Assembly (NCBI RefSeq): GCF_001194135.2
Contig: NC_068982.1
Span: 161,914,383 to 161,978,382 of the forward strand
From: Octopus bimaculoides
Lineage: Eukaryota
Reading direction: 5' to 3'
Length of the DNA: 64,000 nucleotides
Made by a program: the position numbers and the translations under genes. This document shows, in pieces, positions 27,945 through 40,897 of this stretch. The notes under the pieces were generated by a model, which was given only the letters and a program-made list of their open reading frames with translations, was not told where the DNA came from and did no database searches. Positions within the stretch are counted from its first letter, which is position 1, and the number at the start of each line of letters is the position of its first letter.

Positions 27945-28665
27945 GACAGAATTGTCAACACATCAGGCAAAATACTTAGTGGCATTTCTTCCAATTCTTT
28001 ACATTCTGTGTTTAATTCTCACTGTGGTCATCTTTGACTTTCATCTTTTTGGGGCAATAAAATAAAGTACCAGTCAATTACTGAGGTTGATGTCATCAAC
28101 TTGCTCCCTCCTCCTAAAAATTGCTAGCCTTGTGCCAAAATTTGAAACCATTCTTCTTCTTCTTCTTCTTCTTCTTCTCCTTCTCCTCCTCCTCCTCCTC
28201 CTCCTCCTTCTTCTTCTTCTTCAGGTGGTGAGCTGACAGAATCATTAGTGCGCCAGACAAAAACACTTAGTGGTATTTCGTCTGTCCTTATGTTCTGAAT
28301 TCAAATTCTGCCAGGGTCGACTTGGCCTTTCATCCTTTCAGGGTCAATAAAGTAAGTACCAGTGATGCACTGGGGTTGATGTAATCAACTAGGCCTCTCC
28401 CCCAAATTTCAGGCCTTGTACCTATAGTAGAAAGGATTTTTATTATTAATGATTTCAAATGTTGGCACGAAGCCAGCAACTTTAGAGGCAGGGGTAGGTC
28501 AATTACATCGACTCCAGTCCTCAACTGGTACTTATTTTATCGACCCTGTAAGGATGGAAGGTAAACCCAACCATGACAGAATTTGAACTCAGAATGTAAA
28601 GATGGATGAAATGCCACTAAGCATTTTGCCCAACATGCTTACAGTTCTGCCAGCTCACTGCTTTG
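27945..28665. mobile_element. Three family A SINEs: two + copies followed by one - copy
   Basis: Heads at about 27950 and 28225 (+); reverse copy at about 28455-28665. Confidence 0.85.
28151..28221. repeat. (TTC)n-(TCC)n compound microsatellite
   Basis: Direct reading. Confidence 0.95.
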
Positions 28666-28941
28666 ATAATAGTAATAATGTAGCCAGTACAAGCAAAGAA
28701 GATAGTACTCCCCACTACATTAGTCATGCAAATATATATTTCAAGTGAGAAATTCAATGCAATATATTGCCATGAGTTTATTTGAAAGCTACTCTCAGTA
28801 AATTATTCAGTTATATTCAATTCTTCAATTAGAAATAAATATGTATAAAATTCTCTTGGAAATTTATCTTCATNNNNNNNNNNATTAGAAATAAATATGT
28901 ATAAAATTCTCTTGGAAATTTATCTTCATACCCTGCTGCTG

Positions 28942-28987
<46 letters not shown>

Positions 28988-30449
28988 TTGCTGTTTAACC
29001 CCAGATAAGCCTTAATCCAGCAGTCCTGTAATTAAAAATGTTTTGGTCATGATTATTCCATAATTGTTTTTCATACATAAAGTAGCTAGGATTATATTAT
29101 CCCAAGAGATTTGCATGTTATTTCTAGTAGGATCTTGTAAAACCTCCTGTTTTAGTTGCAGTAGGGGATAATTGGGAGAGAATACTACTGATAATATTCA
29201 AGTTTCAACTACTGTAAGTTAGTAGTTGAACAGAAATTCCAGTATGCAGAAATTTTGGTTCTGGATTGGGCAGGGTTTAGGCAGGTGTATAAAGCATTGA
29301 AACAAAGAGTGTCAGTGGGATTAGTGAATTTAAGTGTTGTCACATAAAGTAACAAGATTGTTAATGAGTAGCAGAAGAGATAGAGATGATAAAACAATTT
29401 GATCCTACTTCTGCTCAATCATATATAACTGCACTTGCTCATCAATGTTCCAGTAGACCTACAATTGAAAGTGTTCTCGTCATGACTATTTCACCTTTTA
29501 TTTGGACAGTGTTTCTAAAACTACATTAGTCAATGTGCTCTACCTTTTCTTAAAGGCAGCAAGGTATGATTAAAGGGAGATTTGGCTGATATTTTGCTGA
29601 ACCCTCTGTCAGTGGTTATGTGTGTGAATGAGTGTTCACTGACATGTATAATTATCAAATCAAAACTTTTCTTGGATACCTTCTACAATTGGTAAAATTT
29701 TATCCCTTGTCTATGACTATTTGAAAATACTCTACAAATTTATCTTAATTTTTCTTTGACTCCATTTATGGAGTCATTACTTTCCCATTTGTTGAGAATG
29801 GATCAGCAATATTTTCTTTATGCTAACCCAGGATATCATTAATATATAATAAACAGGATAACATTTTCTTTCCTCATCTAGTCTGTCAGTCACATGATAC
29901 ATCAGCTGGTCTTTACATTTAGTCCCTTATTCTGACAGTTTTAACATCAAATTAATTAACTATAAAATTTTAAACTAGGCACAATGTGGGTGATGAGTGT
30001 AGAAAATTAAATTGGCTCCACTACATAACTGGTGCTTATTTAATCTATCTCAGAAAGCCGAAATGTCAACCTTTGCAGGATTTGAAATCAGAACATAAAG
30101 TTACACATCTAAATACTGAAGGGTATCAGATATTCCACTGATTCTACCAATCCATAATGCTTAATTAGTTAATCGATTAATTCATCATCATCACTTAATG
30201 TCCATCTTCCATGCTGGCATGGGTGGGACGGTTTGACAGGAGCCAGCCAGACAGAAACCTGCACCAAACTTTTGCAACTGTTTTGGCAGGATTTTTATAG
30301 CTGGATGCCCTTTTTTAACACCAACCACTCAGTAGAGTGGCCATAATGCTTTTTATGTGGCACAAGCACAGGCGAGGTCAGTTTTGGCAAGGTTTTTACA
30401 ACTGGATGCCTTTCTAAACACCAACCACTTTACAGTGTGGACTGAGTCA

Positions 30450-31110
30450 CCAAGTACTTGCAAGAAAAGAAAAATCTCTTTTGAGAGGGCAGTGGGTATT
30501 GGAGGAGATGATCTAGTGTCAGATGATGAAAGGTTATAGTGAGTTAAAGAGACAGAAACAGGTGTCTTACTGTAGAGGAGGTACAAGGTTACCAGGCTGG
30601 GGAGGGAGAGAGAGAGAGAGCTCAGGAATGAAGACAAACAGGTGCGCTGCTGCAAAGGAAATGCATGATTACCCAACCTGAGGGAAGTGCAGGGAAAGGA
30701 GAGAGAAAGTGGGAAACTAGAGATGGTGGCAAAGTGTTGGGTATTCTCAAAAGGGATGGGGATCAGAATATAAATGGGATGGTGGAGTAAAGGAAGAGAG
30801 AGACATAGATGGTGACAAGTGCCAGGGCATACCCTTGAGGTTCAAATATCATAATATAAGTGGCAGGATATTGTGAGGAAGCATGATTAGAGAGTGTGGA
30901 GGGCAAGGGTGGCGTAAACCTGGGTATATATAGAGTCAGTGGGGCTACCGGATAGCAATAATACAGAGGAACAGGGCCATGAGAAGAGGATTGGAGAGTG
31001 AGAGGTAGGCTTAGTGTATGAAGGAGGAAATGTGAGGAAGAGAAGAGATGTAGATTGGTTTGTTGGGGTAGGATGTGTGAAAAGTTTTCTTGTTACGTGT
31101 GGGTGGAACA
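30450..31110. other. Purine-rich, GC-richer block, probably an old retroelement remnant of unassigned class
   Basis: Sharp compositional change adjoining a family C SINE; no catalytic motif recognised. Confidence 0.35.
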
Positions 31111-32079
31111 CATAGGTCAAATTAATAATAATAACAATAATAATAATACTATAGGCACAAGGCCTGAAATTTAAGGGAAAGGAATAATCAGATTGACCCT
31201 AGTGCTTGACTGGTACTTAATTTATCAACCTTGATACGGTGAAAGACAAAGTCAACCTTGGCAGAATTTGAACACAAAATGTAAAGACAGACAAAATGCT
31301 GCAAAGCATTTTGCCCAGCATGCTAATGATTCTGTCAGCTCACTGCCTTACTAATTACAATAACAATCTAATTATACTGGTGTTCAAATTCTGCTGAGGT
31401 CAACATTGCCTTTCATCCTTTCAGGGTTGATAAAATAAGTACGAGTTGAGCACTGGGGTCAATGTAATCAACATACTCTGAAAGGACAGCAACAACAATA
31501 ATGGTATCATCTAAAATAGGAACAGTAATTTCACTGGGTTGATATGTAATTGAAGTAAAGCAGAAAATGTAGTGCAATACTACAGCATAAAATAATTATA
31601 ATGTTAATAATAATTAGCAGTCATTCTTGTATGGTGGTAAACTTCATTCCATATCAGAATAATGTGCACTGGTTTTGTCAGCAAAGACATCATTCCTTTA
31701 AATTTCTTCCTTCTCCATTTTTCTAAATCTTTGTAATTGAGAAATCCTCATNNNNNNNNNNCACTGGGGTCAATGTAATCAACATACTCTGAAAGGACAG
31801 CAACAACAATAATGGTATCATCTAAAATAGGAACAGTAATTTCACTGGGTTGATATGTAATTGAAGTAAAGCAGAAAATGTAGTGCAATACTACAGCATA
31901 AAATAATTATAATGTTAATAATAATTAGCAGTCATTCTTGTATGGTGGTAAACTTCATTCCATATCAGAATAATGTGCACTGGTTTTGTCAGCAAAGACA
32001 TCATTCCTTTAAATTTCTTCCTTCTCCATTTTTCTAAATCTTTGTAATTGAGAAATCCTCATCATCATAATTGCTCTGG

Positions 32080-32112
<33 letters not shown>

Positions 32113-33815
32113 CACAAAGTTTTCCTTTTTGTCATCAGGGTGGGTAGAGGTGATGTTATTACAGCTGAGTACCCTTCCTGCTGATAAGCACCCAACCAAG
32201 AAGTTGGGAAAGTGAGTTGACTGAAATCCAAGGGTATATGATAATGATGATTGCTATGTGTGAACTGGTGACCTCGTGGTTAGTAGTTTAGCAAATTTAC
32301 TGCAGTGTCATTGTTAAAAGAAAACAGAGATATTACTGCAAATTAGTTGTGGCAAAACATTTATTAACTTAATTTTAATTTCTGCAGACAACTTCATTAT
32401 TGTAATTAGAACTAATAGTTGTTGAATTAGTTTTTGTAAAATATGTATAATCATGTCAAATTGATAAACTATGAAGTATCTTTCAGGTACACTGTTGAGA
32501 GCTTCCTGGTTGTCATTTAGCTTCAATTCAACCTTAATTCAGAAGGCCTTATCTCCTCTTTCTCCTGGATGTAGTGTATCTAGGATTACATCATTCATTG
32601 TGCTCCACCTTTCTTTAAGTCAACAGGGTGTGATTTGAGGGAGAATTTGCCACTATTTCTCACAGGTTTAAGTGACTGTATAAGAGGTTCCCCTATTGGA
32701 TTGTTAAAAAGTTTTTTGCTTTTTTATTCATTCTGATTGAGACCAGTAAATGAATGAGTCTCTTTCTTATATCTATTACAGCATATATAATTATAGATAT
32801 CCAAAGAAGGAACCTGGTCCAATAGATACACAGCTACATGTCTGCTCAACATGTGTGATATAGCAACTAAATTTTTCTCATATTATATATTACAATCTTG
32901 AGGAAAGAATACATTGGATAATGTAGATTTACATGAGCTAAAAAGATGGTTTTCAGCTGAAATACCATCGATTATTGATCAGTTCAGCCAGAGCTGACTG
33001 GTGAATATACAACAATGATATTTTTAGTTTACTTTCTTTTTTTGTCATAGGTTTGGTCTAAACAAAGACTCTGTATCCAGTTTCACTGAGACCTTTGAGG
33101 TTCATGCCATTAATGTTTCTTTTGAATGATGGTGCAGGAAAACAGTGGACAAGCTCATCTGGTCTCATTAGCTGAACTTATGTAGAGCACCTTACCTGAA
33201 GTAATCCTACAATGTAAAAAGACAAAAACAAAAACAAACAGTAGGGAGCTGACTGGAAAGAAAATTGAGTGAGTGTGGAGAGAAGAATAACAATGAAGTA
33301 TATTCTTCTGTTTCAGTGAGGATGTCAGGCGCAACAGGAAACTTTTGCAGAATATCTTCATTAAATTTGTACTTAGTCTAAAATGGTGCCTTAGCACTCC
33401 TGTGAATTACATATTATTTGAAACTATAACAATTTGCTGATCCCAATACTCCTTGTATTGTCATATTCAACACCACTTAGATTTGATTGTTCTGTCAAGT
33501 TATGTTGTAGTAATTCTGATGCATGGATGGTTGAGCCATTAATGTTTGTTGATACCTATGGTGCATAGTCCGGTTTCTACATCATTTAAGAATGTTACAA
33601 CTACCTTGTAGACTTATCCTTTTATCTACATGTAAATGTAGATACTAATTCTTCAGGCTATAGAAAACATCTCAAGTCATATGTTATTGTAATAAGTTAA
33701 TCAAAAATACTCACAGGCTGATTCTGTTGATATGGTTGATGTTTAACTTGAATATCTATAAGTTATTGTCTTCAAGAAAAACACACACCTGCTTCAGTGA
33801 CTTGCCAATTTGAGT

Positions 33816-34034
33816 TTAACCCTTTAGCATTCTCTTAAATGTAATGCTTATTTATTCACATTGTTTTGAATTTATCATGAATTATCTTATAACTTTGAGA
33901 TTTTGATGCTGTGGTAGTTTAGTTTTAGAATGATATTGTAGAGTAGGTGCGAAAGGCCTGATTTGGTCAGTTTGAACATAAAGCAGGTAGAATATTTTTG
34001 CTGGATGTGGCTGATTTAAATGCTAAAGCGTTAA
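33816..34034. mobile_element. piggyBac-like MITE, copy 2 (opposite orientation to copies 1 and 3)
   Basis: TTAA-CCCTTTAGCATT...AATGCTAAAGCG-TTAA. Confidence 0.75.
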
Positions 34035-34834
34035 GGATGTCATTTAACCTATGATATAAAATAACAGTGCATATAAAAACTCTGATCTCTATGTGTATAT
34101 ACATAGAAACGCATTCAGTTTTATGCAGAATGTAAATAAAGTAACAGTGGGTTTCCAAGTTTAAAGCATTGTTTCTTCTCTCATGAACTCCCTATAAATA
34201 ATACTCAGGAGAAGCCACACCCATTTCTCTATAGGCCATAAATTGTTGACATGCACATTTTATATGATATTTCAGCTTCAGTTCCTTATTTTTATTCAAG
34301 GAAATGTGTAAAATGAGATTTCTGCTGGAAATTTGAACTCATTTTCTTTTCTGCTTTACTTCAATTACATATCAACCCAGTGAAATTACTGTTCCTATTT
34401 TAGATGATACCATTATTGTTGTTGCTGTTCTTGTTATAGAAAGTCTATTTAAACTTGACACATCTACTACATACTTGTCCAGTAATGTTTTCTCACATCC
34501 AATTTAGTTTGGGTGTGTAATTATGCCATAATTAGGTAAAGTAGGGGTTTTTTTTTTCTTGAACAGAATACTTTCTCTAATCAACAATTAACTAATGAAT
34601 TCATATTTTTCTAATTTTGTTAGTTTTTGTTGTTATTATAAACATTTATAAAGTTTCTTGGACTATTTGATACAAACTTGTCATAATCTTGATTGTACAA
34701 TTTTGTTCTTTATTTAATAGTTTTATATAACCAATATCGGCTTTTATTTTTGGATCCTGTAGAAAAGCTGATGTTGAAGAAATGATGATGATCACAAGTT
34801 TAATTATTACTTATAATTCATTGATTGATTTCAG

Positions 34835-35026
34835 AACACAATAACAAATGCTGATAAACTACTAGCTGCTGCTGATGAACTTGCTCAAACTGGTGAATGT
34901 GATCCCAAGGAAATATACAGTGAAGCCCAGGAACTTGAAGAGCGCATGCATGATTTCATCACTGCTCTGGAAAGGAGAAGGGCTATACTTGATATGACTG
35001 TCTCATTTTATACACATGTTCATGAG
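34835..35026 (+). CDS. Trio: Internal coding exon of a Trio/Kalirin RhoGEF ortholog, spectrin-repeat region: NTITNADKLLAAADELAQTGECDPKEIYSEAQELEERMHDFITALERRRAILDMTVSFYTHVHE
   Basis: Acceptor ttgatttcag|AAC and donor CATGAG|gtaaat; 192 nt = 64 codons with no stop, phase 0/0. The peptide aligns by eye with vertebrate TRIO/KALRN NTYTNADKLLEAAEQLAQTGECDPEEIY...LLDMSVSFHTHVKE (recalled, not searched). Confidence 0.96.
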
Positions 35027-38000
35027 GTAAATATGATCATTTTGCATATTACATATCAATTAGTCAAGTTTCCTCCTCCTCTCACACACAAACCTTCTCT
35101 TTCTATTAAGAACCTTCTCCACCTCAGAAAGAATAACAGAAATTAAAAAAATTAAAAATAACCACTCCCATTTCTAGTTGTAAAAGAATATTCAAATGTA
35201 ATTAGAAGAGTTAATGGTAAATGAGCATTCACATCTTTAACTCTTTTGGTACCAATCTACCTGGAATCACCTTTGATTCCATGATACATAACTGCATTCT
35301 TATTTAAGCTACATTTTCTTAATCTTATATAAGAACCTTTTGTTGTATTGCAATCATGCTAGCTTAATAACAAAAAAAATTATTTTACTTAATCTTTCTG
35401 ACTGATTATTTAAAAAAAGACCCAAAAGAATTGAAGCACTCAGAGTGTGTATTACTTTTATGATAAAAAAAAGTTGAAGTTATTTTAATTTTCAATTAGT
35501 GCCTTTTTTAGTTCTACATATTCTGATGCCTGTGTACACAGCTACACTCTCACTGTACCTCATCCTCACACCCATGTATTTGGAAATGGAGTCGCAGTGT
35601 TTACTATGTGACTTGTTGCATGTTAATATTTTAATCATGTCAACTGTTTTATTATGTTTTTCCTGTTTCCAAGTCAAGTCAAATATTTTCCACTTAATTT
35701 GTATTGCAGTATATAAAAATAACACAATTTTACTCTGCTTAACTCTTCTTGTTTTCTAAATTTTCTTCTTGTGATAGAATTAATTTTAGAATTTAATAAA
35801 ATGAACCAAATTCTATAAAGAATGTTGAGACAGCTAAATGGTAGTAACACTATAAACTCCTTGATCAAGCATCATTATCTATTACCTTTATTCTCTTGTT
35901 GAAATTCCATCAAGAATAAAAGAGACCATGTACCATTATGTAAATGAGTTGTATCTGGTGCAGTGTTATTTACATTTTAATAAGTAGTATTCTGCTGCTC
36001 TCACACAGCATTTTGGGAAAGTAAGGTAAGTGAATCTTGATGGTTTTGTTAAATAACAAGACCAAAAAGTTTATTTCAAGCTACTGAAAAGGCCCTCATA
36101 AGACCTAAATATCACAGTATGACTAAATGCATAAGTCTATGATCATATATTTATTTAGTCATAGCTTATATTGTATTAGTACTCTGATAAATAAAATCAC
36201 AGACAACAGTAGTTCATCTCTGATAAAGTAGCCATACTCTTCTAGTTAACTTTCTGAGACTACATAATGCATGTACTTCTCTAATTCCAAAGATACCCGA
36301 GTAATCAAAGATGGGAATATTCATAACTAGAAAATTAATTTTAAATTGTAGTAAGGTGGTCTCCAAACATGAGGTATGTATTACTGACAATAAATGTATG
36401 TTTTAAAGGAGTTAAAATTACATTTATTAGCTGTTTAATCCAGGTTAAACTGATTGACAAACTTAGGATCATAGTATTACAGATATAACCACCTAATCTT
36501 TTTAGGAGTATCCACAACTACATTATCTTAGGCATCCTCTTTATTTTTTTGAAGATGATAGGGTTTGCAATTTAAAGGAGATTTGCCTGTTGGTTAAATA
36601 ATCTAGATGATTTTGAAAGTATCACTAAGCAAACAACTTGTTTTGAGAGGCTTCAGGTATAAGTGACGAACTGGAGATCTTCAGAGTAAATAATATTAAT
36701 TTCTAACATTGGTACAGAGCCACAAATTGTGGATGAAAAGAAGGGTTCAGTCAATTAAAGGATAAAATTAACTGTAACAGGGTTTGAACTTAGAATGTAA
36801 AAGGCCATGATTAAATACCTAAATGTATTTATCCAAGTCTTAATGACCTTGCCTCTCCACAACTTTAGCACTTATTGTATACTGGAATTTTTCATCAAAT
36901 TTTCACCATTATTAGAAGTTACCACACTGCTGTGTTATTTCTTCCAATATTTGTGACCTTAAACACTTTTCCTGGATAGAATAACTTTACATGTGATTTC
37001 CACGTTGTAAACCAATGAAGCCCTCCAATGGTTTTACTTGCTGCCTAAAACAGTGTACTGTACCTCTTCATATATCAATTTACAGCTTTCTGGGCAGGTT
37101 GTTAAGTTATCTTTGTAAAGGATACTTAAAACTCTGTTGGTGGAATCAAAGCTTTTTAACCTTTTTGCAACCGAAGAAAATCCTAGAATTTAGGGTGTTG
37201 AATTTTAGACAGTTTGTTGTAAAGCTAACTAGTATGCATATTGTAGGTTAATGTACCTTCATGCATCCTACATCCTTCTCCAAGTTATATATCTACAGGA
37301 GGATTTGAACTTTGCTCTGCAAATTAAATACTTTTGAATTTGGCAGTGTTTCTGCTTAGAGTAGAGTGCTATTCTGTCCTATGGTACTTATTTGCAGTTG
37401 TCATAACTGATGGAATACCACTTTTTTTTATAGTGATTTGGAATCACTTGCCAACCCACTGACACATTTTCTTGGCTTCTTACAAATAAATACTGACTAC
37501 ATTCTTGTGATAGTGTTGGGAGTTAGTTAGTCCTGAGAATGTCATACAGATCTAGAAATAAAACCTAGTGAATCATGTTACCAACATGTCAGTCAGTTAG
37601 AGGTGGTGATGTTATAATTAAGTGTATTAACATTTACTTTTCTTCTCCACCTTAATGAAATCTGTCTTTTTAAAATGCTCATTATGATTTCATTTACTTC
37701 AGATTACTAAAGTCTGTTAAATAATTATGGCTCTACCTTCTTTCATCACAGAGAAAATAGGTATGAAGTACAAGTTTAAATGTGACCACCTTATCTGATT
37801 GGTGTTGTTAACTACAGGTGATCAAATAGCAATTTAACTTAATTGACTTCAGTTATGTTTATTGTACATGTTATTACACAAAGAAGCTTTTACCTTGCAA
37901 CCTGGGTCAGTCCTGCTGTAAAATACACGAGGAAATATTGAGTTTATTGATTCTTCTGTACAACTGCGGTTGGTTGTAAGGTTTATGGAAACATGGCTAA

Positions 38001-38066
38001 TAGGTAGTTGTTCTTAAATGTCAATTACTGTTGTGGAAAGTTTGCGTCTAAGTATATGGCCTTGAA

Positions 38067-38108
<42 letters not shown>

Positions 38109-38374
38109 TGTGTGTGCGTACCTGTCTGTGCGTTTTTGAGAGAGATTATATAGGTTGGGTAAAGTCCAAACTGTATCCTCTTGAAGCACATCTGCTTATT
38201 CCAGTATTATAGTCCAGTATGTATTGATGTGAAGAATTTCTAATGGGAAGTTTCTTACTTGTTTATCCAACATATACAAATTCGTGATTTCTAGATTCCT
38301 ATTAGCAAATGAAACATGTGTAATGGTGAATAATATCAAAAAATTTTCCATCTTCCTATTTTGTTTTATATATA

Positions 38375-38433
<59 letters not shown>

Positions 38434-38628
38434 NNNNNNNNNNGGCTGAAGTAAAAGAATAAATGAAATTTGATGGATTTTTGTGTTAAAATTTCTGCGA
38501 AAATCATGATTTATGTTCTTCATTGTTTTAATGTATTGTATATCTAATGAAACACACACACACACACATGCAGAAAATTTGGGTAAAAAAAAGCCCTCCA
38601 ATTGACCAATTTATCATATCTATTTTAG

Positions 38629-38798
38629 TTAACATCTTGGCTAGAAGAATTGCAACAAGAACTGCAAAGTTCAGAAATAGCTGATACAGTGGAAGGAGCA
38701 GAGCACTTAGTAACACAGTTCAATGATCAAAGGGAGACAACTATTGAAGCAGCTATTAGTACGGTCAGAGAAGGAGAAAGTTTACTTGAACGGATAAG
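38629..38798 (+). CDS. Trio: Next Trio coding exon: LTSWLEELQQELQSSEIADTVEGAEHLVTQFNDQRETTIEAAISTVREGESLLERI(R)
   Basis: Acceptor tctattttag|TTA and donor GGATAAG|gtaagc; 170 nt, phase 0/2, in frame with the previous exon. Matches the recalled TRIO segment LWTWLEELQKEL...EGEDLIQQLR. Confidence 0.96.
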
Positions 38799-39966
38799 GT
38801 AAGCCTTACGCTCAAAATTTTTGTTTTATGATTTTTATTACCTTCATTACAACAAACTAAATACGAAATAGATTTATGAGATTCGGTTGTTAGATACCAA
38901 TTATTAATCAATACTGCAAAATTAGTAGGTATGAAACAGATTCTTTATTCCCCCCCCCCCACGTACCTTTACAAGTGTAACACTGACGAACCAATCAAAA
39001 AGATGTTTGTATTTTATCACAATTCTCTAATTATACTACATACAATGGTGATATAGCTGAAGAATTCTAATGTAATACAAACTGTTTAGTCACACGTGTA
39101 CACACATACACACACACAAAACTAACAAGCCAATTATGCAGTCATTAAACATTCTGGAATAGTAGTTTTAAAAGCAGTTAATGTTTGATGGAACAGGTGA
39201 AGTTACAAGAAATATTCAGAGTAAATTTATCTCAATATTTAGTTGATTCATTAACAATGCAGACTAGATCACTGGGCTTTGACAAAACATTCAACCACCT
39301 TGATATATATTTATTTATTAGGAGTTGAAAATGCACAGGGATACATTTAGATTTTTAATTTTTTAATATTTAAAGACGTAACCAGTTTCATAGATTTCTC
39401 TGATATTCAAAAGTTGAGCTAGAAAGATGTGGAGCTATGCTGCAACTGTCTTGCTTTTATATATAAATATATAAAGCAGTATTTAGATGTCCTGGGCAAA
39501 TATAAAATTTATATAATACTCATATATACACATATATGTTTTATCCATTTACCATCAATTATTATTTTTGTCCTAAAATAATGTAAATTATATATATTTT
39601 TATACAATTTACTTTGTTTTTAATTTAAAAATCCTTGTAAATTTGTTTTCTGATTTTTATTAGAAAAAATTTGGTTGTTTAGAATTTTTTAAAAATGTCA
39701 ATTTCATGGAAATTATTTACTGAAACATAATGGTTCCAGTTCCTTGTTTCAGTTCATATGTATAGATAAACATGTCTAGAGTTCTTTGTCTTCCACTGTG
39801 TAAACATTAATGCATGTTGTTTTTATCAATGTGTCTAATTGTTGTCAATCATTGCATGGTTATTTACGGTTTATTTAATCCAGCATGTCAGCTGTTTAAC
39901 AGTGTATTTTTATTTTGTACAAGATTTTCGTTTAATATTAGTTCATCTAATTAGGTAAAGCAACAT

Positions 39967-40198
39967 TTAAGGAACTCTTCAGCATTTAAACTGGCTATAC
40001 TCAGCCGAAATATTTTACTTATTTTATGTTCAAACCAGCCAGATCCAGCTTTTTATACCTACACAATGATGTCATTCTAAAGAAATATTATCACATCATT
40101 GAAATTTTAAAGCTGTGAGATGAAGTATGATGAATTCAAAACAATGTAAATGAATAAGCATTACATTCAACAAAGTAATCTGGATGTTAAAGGTTTAA
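39967..40198. mobile_element. piggyBac-like MITE, copy 3 (more degenerate)
   Basis: Same internal sequence as copy 1; ends GATGTTAAAGGT-TTAA. Confidence 0.7.
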
Positions 40199-40772
40199 AG
40201 CAGTTTAGGATGCCAATGAAGAAACTCATCTTCAAGGTTTCTTTGAATTTTGGAACCAATGCTGTTAAAGATATGTTTAGTATTTAGCAATTTAAACTTC
40301 TGTTATGTTTGGTAAATTCATAAGTTCTGCTGAGGCCTAAGTTTTAGTTTTAAATAGAAAATCAATCACTTCAACATCCAATATAGCAATAGGACCCTTG
40401 CCAACATCATCAGGATTTTTTTTCTTTTTTTCATGTTAGAAGAGACATTTTGATAGAACAGCAAAAATAATTTCATTACCTAAATATGTTGTAGATTTAT
40501 ATTATATGGAGTAAAAATGCAATTTTTAATCAAGTGTAAAAATGAATATTTAGGAGAAGGAATATTAATTTTAAACTTTATAAGTAGAGTTTCTCTTTTT
40601 AAAGAAAAATATATATTATTGGAATTTAATTGTTGTAATAACTGCATGTTGTCAATATTGTTGCATTTTTTTTTTTAATTTCATCTTGATTTTTAAACAA
40701 ATTACAAAACATAAAAATGAAATAAATCAAATTGTTTAATTACAACAGTTTAGCTTGTTATTACTGTGTTGC

Positions 40773-40897
40773 ATGCGTTGTTGCTATTATGTTTCCTGTG
40801 CTCATATTTCCAACAGACTTCAGCGGCTTGTTGGGTGCAGCCAGTGCTGTCACTTGCGCCACCAGCGAATTGATGTTACTTCCACAATGCACAAAGG
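40773..40897 (+). CDS. Candidate alternative exon: Cys-rich first exon from ATG 40773, or an 81-nt cassette 40817-40897
   Basis: GC/CpG-richer island in AT-rich intron. Acceptor atttccaacag|A at 40816/40817 and donor AAAGG|gttagt at 40897/40898; 81 nt, open in the phase-2 frame that matches the upstream Trio donor. Confidence 0.35.

Noticed and set aside
28828-28929. 46-bp direct duplication around Ns; also 46667-46715 versus 46726 onward
   Set aside because: Gap-flanking overlaps, not biological tandem repeats.
31451-32062. Exact 301-bp direct duplication (31451-31751 and 31762-32062)
   Set aside because: Same pattern around a 10-N gap; artefact.
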